A DNA stretch of 41,569 nucleotides from an uncultured Mycoplasmatota bacterium (GTDB taxonomy: Bacteria > Bacillota_I > Bacilli_A > RF39 > UBA660). The notes below the pieces were generated by a model. It saw only the letters and a program-made list of their open reading frames with translations, ran no database searches and was not told where the DNA came from. A program made the translations under genes and the position numbers. This document shows, piece by piece, positions 17,926 to 26,000 of the stretch. Position 1 is the stretch's first letter. Each line of letters starts with the position of its first letter. The stretch covers positions 1 to 41,569 of the forward strand of contig CAMFBT010000001.1 in the NCBI GenBank assembly GCA_945948625.1. The letters run 5' to 3'.

Positions 17926-19041
17926 ATGAATGAACTTGAAATAGTAAACTTATATGAAAAAACAAATCAAGATAGAAATAGCAGATTTTCAGAAAATATA
18001 AATTCAAGTCTTCGAGTAAAAACAGCCTATGATCGAGTAAATACAAGTTTTGAATGGCTTGAGATAATGGAAGAAACTATAAGATATTTAGATAATATAT
18101 TAAGAAACCCCAATAGATTTATAATAAATGAGGAAGATATTGTTAAAATAGAATTAGCCCGTCGAGTAACCGTAGAAAGCATAAAACATTTATCAAAAAA
18201 TACTAATTTAATTCAAGATTATAATAAAGAAACAGGAGATGTAAGACCAAGTAAAATATTAAATATAAATAAAGAAGAAAGTTTTGATACATATGAAAAT
18301 AGATTTATTTATAGTTTAATAAAAAATATGAAGTTTTTTATAGAAAGAAAAAAGAAAAATCTAATTACTGAGTCATATAGCAAAGATGATAAAACAATGG
18401 AATATACTGCTAAAAGTAGTATAGACAATGAAAATATAGATATATCAATGACTATAAATTCTAAGAAAGATGATAAAAAGAATATTAAAGATGAATCAGG
18501 TTTAACAATTCCCGAAAGAATAGAGAGGTTAGAAACCCAAATATCCGACTTAACATCATCTTCAGTATATCAAATAATTGATAAAAAACATATATCATTA
18601 GTAACATCTCCAATAAAAAAAACCAATGTAATATTAAAGAATGTAAACTTTCAATATGCTGTAAAACTATGGAATTATATGCAAAATCATATGGAAGATG
18701 ATACAAAAAAAGAAAAGAAAAATAATGATTATTATGATGATGGCAATATAAAAAAGTTAATAGATGAATCATTTCTATTAGACTATTTAGTTTTAGATAC
18801 AATAAATAGAGAAGAAGAAAAATATGATAAAAAAGCCTTATCAGAAAAAATTGTTGGTAACATGATAGAAAAAATGATAACAATTGACTCGACTATTGAT
18901 GAAAAAAAATTAAAAGAAATAATAGATAAACAATATAGTATAATAAAATATAAAACAGTAGTAAATGAAAAACAAATAGAAGAAGTCTATAAAAAATATA
19001 TGGATAAATATTTAGAAAAAATAAAAATGTTAGAAATATAG
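17926..19041 (+). CDS. McrC-like partner protein; nuclease motif not evident
   Basis: RBS AGGAGG, 10 nt after the McrB-like stop. FDTYENRFIYSLIKNM resembles the McrC/DUF2357 EDT-x-ANR-[IF]-I box. The C-terminal half is Lys/Glu-rich with no clear hydrophobic-strand D-x-K. Confidence 0.4.
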   Translation: MNELEIVNLYEKTNQDRNSRFSENINSSLRVKTAYDRVNTSFEWLEIMEETIRYLDNILRNPNRFIINEEDIVKIELARRVTVESIKHLSKNTNLIQDYNKETGDVRPSKILNINKEESFDTYENRFIYSLIKNMKFFIERKKKNLITESYSKDDKTMEYTAKSSIDNENIDISMTINSKKDDKKNIKDESGLTIPERIERLETQISDLTSSSVYQIIDKKHISLVTSPIKKTNVILKNVNFQYAVKLWNYMQNHMEDDTKKEKKNNDYYDDGNIKKLIDESFLLDYLVLDTINREEEKYDKKALSEKIVGNMIEKMITIDSTIDEKKLKEIIDKQYSIIKYKTVVNEKQIEEVYKKYMDKYLEKIKMLEI

Positions 19042-19052
19042 TGGTGATATGT

Positions 19053-19616
19053 ATGATAGAAAGAATAAAAAATAATAAAGCATTAAAAATAATATTAATG
19101 ATTTTAAAAGCAATAGTATCTTTATTTATAGTAATAGTAATTAGTATAATCTTTATTCAGAGAATATCTAATAATAAATTATCATTAGGTGGATATAGTA
19201 TATATACAATTATAACAGAAAGTATGGCACCAAAATATAAAGTATATGATATGGTAATAGCAAAAGAAACAGATTCTAATCAAATAAAAGTAAATGATGA
19301 TGTTGTATATTTAGGAAATAAAGATGATTTTGCAGATAAAATAGTAACACATAGAGTAATAAAAAAAGAAGTACTAGAAGGTAAAAATTATTTTCATACT
19401 AAAGGTATAGCTAACGATATAGAAGATCCCTTAGTTGGAGAAGAACAAATATTAGGAAAAGTAGTATATAAAAGTAGAGTATTAAGTATAATCAGTAAAA
19501 TAGTAAATAATCCTTATGGCTTTTATTTTGTAGTATTTGTTCCTTTTGCCATATTACTAGTAATGGAATTAATAGATATAATAGAAGAGAGAAAAGAAAA
19601 AAATCTAAGTAGGTGA
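19053..19616 (+). CDS. sipW: Signal peptidase I, SipW/archaeal-ER type (S26B), module A
   Basis: Start moved to the ATG at 19053, which follows GGTGA by 5 nt. The Ser box is IITESMAPKY and the His box is IVTHRVIK. It has both N-terminal and C-terminal TM helices. Confidence 0.8.
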   Translation: MIERIKNNKALKIILMILKAIVSLFIVIVISIIFIQRISNNKLSLGGYSIYTIITESMAPKYKVYDMVIAKETDSNQIKVNDDVVYLGNKDDFADKIVTHRVIKKEVLEGKNYFHTKGIANDIEDPLVGEEQILGKVVYKSRVLSIISKIVNNPYGFYFVVFVPFAILLVMELIDIIEERKEKNLSR

Positions 19617-20218
19617 TACTATTGAATGACCAAAAAAAGAAAAGAAAAAAAAGAAGGATTAGATTAAGAACAATATTTTTTCTTGCTATAACACTAGCCT
19701 CAAATAGTTTTGCTTGGTTTATATATTCGACAAAAGTATCAAATAATATTACTGCTAAAGTAAAAAGTTGGCATGTAAACTTTGAAATAGGAAATGGTGA
19801 AGAAATAGAAGAATACTTAGAAATAAATATAGATTCATTATATCCAGGAATGGAAACCTATCAAAAAACATTGAAAGCATCAAATAATGGTGAATCAGAT
19901 GCTTACATAAATTATGAAGTAGAAAAAGCAATTGTATTAGGAGAAAATCTTCTGACTTTAAATTTAACAGATAATCAAATAATAGATAAAATAAGAAATG
20001 ATTATCCATTTACTATTGACTTTAATGTTTCAAATAATATTATATCAAAAGCTGGTGGAGAAACTGAAATTACAATAAGTGTGAGTTGGCCATATGAAAA
20101 TGGTAATGATACAGAAGATACATACTGGGGAAACAAGTCATATGATTATCATCAAGAACATAGTGATCTGCCAAGTATTAGTTTAATAATTAAGATAACC
20201 GCAGTCCAAGTAGAATAG
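19613..20218 (+). CDS. Secreted TasA/camelysin-like protein, class-1 signal motif (SNSFAWFIYS), short form
   Basis: The KKKRKKRRIRLR n-region is followed by a hydrophobic helix and FAWF. IDSLYPGMETYQKTLKASNNGESDAYINYEV resembles the TasA/camelysin PG-x-x-x...N-x-G strand pair. The start is uncertain: GTG at 19613 or TTG at 19622. Confidence 0.6.
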   Translation: MILLNDQKKKRKKRRIRLRTIFFLAITLASNSFAWFIYSTKVSNNITAKVKSWHVNFEIGNGEEIEEYLEINIDSLYPGMETYQKTLKASNNGESDAYINYEVEKAIVLGENLLTLNLTDNQIIDKIRNDYPFTIDFNVSNNIISKAGGETEITISVSWPYENGNDTEDTYWGNKSYDYHQEHSDLPSISLIIKITAVQVE

Positions 20219-20237
20219 AAGAATATTCTTCTTTTTT
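20217..20237 (+). terminator. Rho-independent terminator
   Basis: AGAAGA-atat-TCTTCT hairpin overlapping the TAG stop, followed by T5. Confidence 0.5.
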
Positions 20238-20288
20238 AATACCCTCGTGCCTATAGTCACTCTGGGTTTTAAATGCCTAAAGTCATTT

Positions 20289-20317
20289 AAAAAAGTTTTG
20301 AGCTAAAATCTCAAAAC
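20289..20317 (-). terminator. Rho-independent terminator for the minus-strand gene
   Basis: GTTTTGAG/CTCAAAAC stem (20295-20302 and 20310-20317) with a 7-nt loop. The A6 on the + strand gives T6 downstream on the - strand. Confidence 0.5.
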
Positions 20318-20325
20318 TATAATAA

Positions 20326-20910
20326 TTATTTTAATTGAGTAAAAGACAAATTAACATCCATTTTAGCAGTATTATTATTCTTAGTAGCTTCTGTATCAGC
20401 AGTATTATCCATAGTAGCATTTTCTCCATCATCCCATAAAACATAAACCCTAATATTAATAGGATTAGTATTATTAACTTGTAATACTTGATTAGAAATA
20501 GATTGATTATCTCTATCTAAATAAATAAATTCCCCATTATTAATACTATATTTAGTAGCTATTAAATCAGTAACAGAACTATTATTATTAACCGAAAAAT
20601 TAATACTATATTTAAAAGAAACATCAGCTTCTGTAGCATCTATAACAAGATCAAAATATCCTTCACTAGTAGGAGCAATAATACCATTTGCTATATGTTC
20701 ATTTCCTTCAAATACTGGAGTAATAATAGCATTAGTAGTACTCCCTTCTCTAATATCCTTATTATTAACAAGAATTCTCCATCTAGCTACATTCATTGTA
20801 GCATTTTCACTAGTAGCAGTTAAATACTTAGCATAAGATTCCTGTATAAAAAAAATACATAGTATAAAAGACAAGAAAGCCATAATAAAAATAAAATGTT
20901 TCTTCTCCAT
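20326..20910 (-). CDS. Secreted TasA-like family protein, class-2 signal motif (QESYAKYL); the only minus-strand gene in the window
   Basis: RBS AGGTGAT. It is a paralogue of ORF 33273: VARWRILVNNKDIREG aligns with VAKWNVLINGTDIKSG, IAPTSEGYFDLVIDATEADVSFKYSINF with IAPGTKGYFDIVINPTDTETSILYSITF, and NIRVYVLWDDGEN with TIRVYIKWNNIEEN. Confidence 0.6.
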   Translation of the reverse strand: MEKKHFIFIMAFLSFILCIFFIQESYAKYLTATSENATMNVARWRILVNNKDIREGSTTNAIITPVFEGNEHIANGIIAPTSEGYFDLVIDATEADVSFKYSINFSVNNNSSVTDLIATKYSINNGEFIYLDRDNQSISNQVLQVNNTNPINIRVYVLWDDGENATMDNTADTEATKNNNTAKMDVNLSFTQLK

Positions 20911-21239
20911 AATTACATCACCTATTATACAAAAATTATAACATAATAATAACTAATAATCAATAACAAAAGAATAAAATATAATGTCTAGTATTATGTA
21001 AAGTCGATTATGGTTAATTGAAAAAAGCATTTACTTTTATTAAAACATATGGTACCATTAGTGTAGTTATAGCATAATTATTTTATTATATTTTCACTAT
21101 AATTAATCAAGGAAAGTAAATGTTAATATGAAACATATTTATATATTAAGGGAAAAAAACCAATAATGGTATTAGATGGTTTTAATTTGGTGAGATTAAC
21201 TAAAAGAAATAAAAAAATAAAAAAGTAAGGGAGTAAATT

Positions 21240-21953
21240 ATGGCAAAAGATGTAGTGGTAACAGCAGAAAAAGTCTATGGAAGAAAAAAGAAATATAGTA
21301 GTATAAAACTAATATTATCTATAGTTCTTATAATATTAACATTAACATTTATCATTTTAGGAGTAATATATAAAGGAGGAAAGTTTACAATAACTCTAGA
21401 CAATAGATTATCATCAGAAAGTGGAATAGTAATATATGAAGATTCAGAGATAAAAGAAACAAAAAGAAAATTGTCTGCTAGAGACATAGAATTCATGGAT
21501 AATATATCAATAAATTGGATTCCTCAAAATATAGATACCGAAAGTGATGGTTCTCATAACGGAGAAAACTATATAGCATATACATTCTATATAGAAAACG
21601 AAGGAGAAAAAACAGTAAATTATTGGTATACAATAATAATTGATGATGTCATAAAAAAAGTTGATGAAGCTGCTAGAGTTATGATATATTTAAATGGTAA
21701 TAAAAAAGTATATGCTAAAATAAATTCATTTACTAGTGAACCAGAAAAAGATACAATTCCATTTTATAGTGAAAAAGAAGCAGTATTAGAACAAAGAAAA
21801 GATTTCAAACCAAATGATATAGATAAGTTTACAATAGTAATATGGTTAGAAGGTGATGACCCAGATTGTATAGACAACATATTAGGTGGAGAAATAAAAA
21901 TGCATATGGAAATAAGAGAAGAACATAAGGAAGAGAGCGTAAAGAATGATTAA
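21240..21953 (+). CDS. Membrane-anchored member of the class-1 subunit family (no YAWF motif)
   Basis: RBS AAGGGAG and one TM helix (IKLILSIVLIILTLTFIILGVI). The C-terminal FTIVIWLEGDDPDCIDNILGGEIKMHMEI matches the YMW[IV]EGQDVDCENN box of ORFs 21946 and 35175. Confidence 0.55.
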   Translation: MAKDVVVTAEKVYGRKKKYSSIKLILSIVLIILTLTFIILGVIYKGGKFTITLDNRLSSESGIVIYEDSEIKETKRKLSARDIEFMDNISINWIPQNIDTESDGSHNGENYIAYTFYIENEGEKTVNYWYTIIIDDVIKKVDEAARVMIYLNGNKKVYAKINSFTSEPEKDTIPFYSEKEAVLEQRKDFKPNDIDKFTIVIWLEGDDPDCIDNILGGEIKMHMEIREEHKEESVKND

Positions 21954-22950
21954 TAATAAAAAGAAAAACAAAAAAAGAAAATATAGATTATTTTATTTAT
22001 TATTGCTATTATTAGTAACAACATTATCTTTATCAGTATCATCATATGCTTGGTTTACCACTAATAGATTAGTAAGAGTAGATTTATTAAATGTAAATGT
22101 CAGGGCACAAGGAGGAATAGAAATATCCGTAGATGGAACAAATTGGAAATCATCAGTATCAGTAGAAGATATAATAAATGCAAAAGATACCTATCAGACA
22201 AATACCAATCAAATACCAACAACCATAGAAGCAGTTTCAACGGCAGGTAAAATAAATAATGGTAAAATAGAAATATATCATGGTAATGCAGTAAATAATG
22301 CAGTAGGAGATTATATTCTTGAAACAACAAGAAGTGTTGAAATACAATCAGCAGAGGGTAGTCAAGGAAAGTTTATAACATTTGATTTATTTTTAAAGAC
22401 AAATAAAAATACAGCATTATATTTAACACCAGAATCAAATGCAACCTATAGTGGTGATAAATCAGTTGGAATAGAAAATGCTGTTCGGTTTGCCTTTATA
22501 GAAGAAGGAACAACATTTGTAGGATCTTCATTAAATACCATCCAGTCAATGACCACAAATGATCAGAGTAAAGTTCATATATGGGAACCAAATTATGATA
22601 CACATACAGAGTATGGAATAGAAAATGCCAAAGATATATATAACATAAATATAACAAATCCATCAGAATCATTAAATTATGATGGTGTGATAAGCGAAAT
22701 ATCAAAAACAGCTGGAGTAACAACAAGTACTGCTAATGAGGCAACATACCCAGAATATTTTGCGAGAGTAAAAGTAGATTATTACACAAAGAATAACTTT
22801 GACAACAATATTGAAATATTTACTATTAATAGCGGAATAACAAAAATAAAAGTATATATGTGGATTGAAGGACAAGATGTAGATTGTGAGAATAATGCTG
22901 CTGTTGGTAATATTGCTCTAAATCTAAACTTTAGTACAAACCCATCTTAA
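21946..22950 (+). CDS. Secreted TasA-like large subunit, class-1 signal motif (SSYAWFTT), module A
   Basis: KKKNKKRKYR n-region, a hydrophobic helix, then SYAWFT. It is a full-length paralogue of ORF 35175 (IWEPNYDTHTEYG aligns with IWEPNYDIHTAAG, and YMWIEGQDVDCENNAAVGNI with YMWVEGQDVDCENNASGGNI). Confidence 0.65.
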   Translation: MINNKKKNKKRKYRLFYLLLLLLVTTLSLSVSSYAWFTTNRLVRVDLLNVNVRAQGGIEISVDGTNWKSSVSVEDIINAKDTYQTNTNQIPTTIEAVSTAGKINNGKIEIYHGNAVNNAVGDYILETTRSVEIQSAEGSQGKFITFDLFLKTNKNTALYLTPESNATYSGDKSVGIENAVRFAFIEEGTTFVGSSLNTIQSMTTNDQSKVHIWEPNYDTHTEYGIENAKDIYNINITNPSESLNYDGVISEISKTAGVTTSTANEATYPEYFARVKVDYYTKNNFDNNIEIFTINSGITKIKVYMWIEGQDVDCENNAAVGNIALNLNFSTNPS

Positions 22951-22964
22951 ATAAGATGGGTTTT
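22941..22964 (+). terminator. Rho-independent terminator
   Basis: CCCATCTT-aaat-AAGATGGG hairpin overlapping the stop codon, followed by TTTT. Confidence 0.6.
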
Positions 22965-22966
22965 AA

Positions 22967-22995
22967 TTTACTTATTCTTAATAATATGTTATACT
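22967..22995 (+). promoter_or_regulatory. Candidate promoter of the giant gene
   Basis: TTTACT, a 17-nt spacer, then tgtTATACT (extended -10). Confidence 0.4.
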
Positions 22996-23024
22996 TAATA
23001 TGATATAGATGGTAGGTGGTAGAA

Positions 23025-26000
23025 GTGCAGAAATTAAAAAGAAAAATAAAAGCATTAAAAAATAATACAAAGTTTAAAGTTCGTCTTCTAGTAGGAACAT
23101 CTTCTTTACTACTTTTGATAATAGGAATAACCACATACTTTACTACCTACAGTGATTTAATATTAGAATTCAGTGAAGATCCAGATTATATTGAAAGTTC
23201 TATAAAGAATAATAAAGTAATAGTAAATGATTTAGAGAATGATTATAATTACTATCAAGGACAAAACTATCTAGACAATGATGGAACTCTACCTACAACT
23301 GATAACAAAAATATTTATAATGATAGCACACTAGTTCAAGCCAAGATAACTTACTATAGTGATGATGATAATAATCATAAAGGGTATGTATCTTCTAGTG
23401 AAAGACAGGATACATACATCTATTTCAAAACTTTTTATGTGAATAATAATGGCACTGATGATACTACTGATGACTATGTACTTATTGAATTAATCGATAA
23501 TCCATTTACTGATAGGCCTACTGATAAAGCCTTTAATGGATGGTTTACTGATTACAATGGAGCTACACTAAGTTTTAATAAAGATTATTATGAAAGATAT
23601 GCAAAAGTGCCGGTAACTTATACTGATAATAAACCTAATAAGATAGAAATAACTTTTAGAGCTAGCTGGGTAGGAGCCAAAATAACTACAATAACAAGTT
23701 CTAATAGTTGGAATAGTACGATTGAAAGTTTAAATACTCCTGAAATGCACAAGTTAGAGACTATAATTAATATTTATGAAGATGTCGACATGACAGGATA
23801 TTATCACCAAGTAAGTGTAAGATTTTTTGATAGTTGTACAGGCTACTATAATAATAGAGGTCAAAGACAAAACAACTGTACCTGCTATTCTTTTGGTGGT
23901 TGTACTTACTATGACTTAATCAATGGTGAAAACTTTAATGAAAATGCAACATATTATGAATTACAAAATAATAATATGCAGTTAGTGGATAATAGTACTA
24001 TCAATAGACCACTTATTGAAACAATTGAAGACACAAGTTATGAAAATGGTATTATGTCATCATTTTATCGTAAAATTTTAGTACCTAGAGGAAGTAGTAT
24101 TATTGGCTATTATGATAGCACTGGAAATATTATGACTAGTGGTAGTTGTACGACAGATGGTGGTTGCACTTATTATGAATTAATTAATTATTATAAAAGC
24201 AATAGTACTCCCGAAATATATGATGAAAATGAAGAGTATTATTATTTGACGACTAGGGATACTAATATTATTGTCATGGGCTCTAATATAGAGGGAACTT
24301 GGTCAACTACAGAGGATATTCCTTTTACTGTAACAGCTTTAAATAATGGTACACAAAATAATGTAACATGGAATGCTAATTCCGCTATTAACTGTTATAG
24401 TGATGTTCGAATAGAGAATATTACTTTATATTATGATAGTGTTATAACAGAAATATATGATCCACCATCTAATACAATGGCATCAGGTGTTTTGTATGGG
24501 CGATATAATAATGTAAAATTAGGTAGAGGTCTAACTCAAAATGGCAGTTATCCAACACTTAGAGCAGTAATAGGAGGAAGTAACTCATCTATTGGTAGTA
24601 ATAATTCACCGGCTAAATATAAACTAGTTATAGAAAGTGGTATTTATAATTCTATATCACTAACTAATGGTGCTACCCGGTATGGTGGTTCCACTATATA
24701 TGTTAAAAACAAGGGTGTTTATGGTAATGACTATGATCGTGTAATAAAAGATAATGATAGTCTAGATGTATACTATTGTGCTTCGGGTAGTTGGAGTGGT
24801 ACCGTATATGCGAGTACTAATTCTGCTACTTCTAGCGATATAGCTTTAGATTTAGTTGTCAAAAATGGTAGCTTTGGTAGCAGTAAATATGATCTATCTA
24901 CAGGAATATATGTCGGAGGTAGATATGCCGGTACTCACAATGCCGCTCGAAGAGCTAAAATTGAAGGTGGTTATATCTACAATTTAATTGGAGGACCTCT
25001 TACTAGTAGTAGGAGGAGTAGTGTCAACGATACCTATATTAATATGACAGGCGGGGAAGTAGATATTATAATTGGTGGTGCAGGAACGACCGCTACTTAC
25101 GGAAACCGAATCATATCTGTAACTGGTGGTACAGTTAATTATAGTGTCTTTGGAGGTTCCAATGGTGCAAAAGGTAATGAAGGAGATGGTACTCTAAATG
25201 GAACGCCTTATATCTATATTGGTGGAACTGCTACAATTGGTAATGATACTAATATAAGTAATAATAATAAATTATTTGGGGCAGAATCGGGAAGTGTTTT
25301 TGGAATTGGAAATGGAAAAGAAAATTCTTCTACTATTGGTTCAGCAGATAATTCAATCATCATAATAGATGGTAATTCTAATATTAAAAGAAATATTTAT
25401 GGTGGTGGAAATTATGGTGCTACAGGAGTAAGTAGCAGTTTAAGTAGTACTTATTCAACTATAATAATTAATGATGGCTTCATTGATGGTGATGTCTATG
25501 GTGGCGGTAATAACAATGGAAGTGGTTCTGAGAGTAAAACATCAACAGTTAGCATTACCATGAATGGTGGTAATGTTGTTGGATCAATTTATGGTGGTAG
25601 TAATGAACTTGGTACAATATATGGCTCTACCAATGTAAACATTTTTGGTGGTGAAGTATCAAATAATGTTTATGGAGGAGGACGAGGTGGTTATATTAGT
25701 GATAGTGCTATAGGAACCTTTGTAGTCAGCGATGTCAACATTGTTATAGGTGATTCGAATAGCACTTATACACCAATAATTGATGGAAGTGTCTATGGTG
25801 GTAGTGCTTTTGGTTCTGTAAATGGTAGTGAAAATACAAACACTGTCAGTTCTAGCAAAACAAATGTCACCATAAATAAAGGTATAATAAATAATGTCTT
25901 TGGTGGTGGTCAAGGAAATAATACATATACACCTTATGTACTAGGAAATATTGAAGTAACAGTAAATAATGGAACAATTACTAATGTGTATGGAGGAAAT

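Noticed and set aside
19614-19616. Considered genetic code 4 (TGA read as Trp) because of the Mollicutes-like AT richness.
   Set aside because: Trp is encoded by TGG in the conserved motifs I checked (YAWF, YMWIEG). TGA terminates SipW-A (19614-19616) and the 39-aa ORF at sensible lengths. The conserved proteins (RNase Y, FtsY, MurE) are full-length under the standard code.
19625-19655. A7-A8 runs in the 5' ends of the class-1 genes (19613, 21946, 35175), considered as frameshift phase-variation tracts.
   Set aside because: They simply encode the Lys-rich n-region (AAA/AAG codons) of the signal peptides, and similar runs are ubiquitous here. Without read-level data there is no evidence of variability. 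Only the promoter-spacer A9 and the SipW-B tracts are flagged, and those at low priority.
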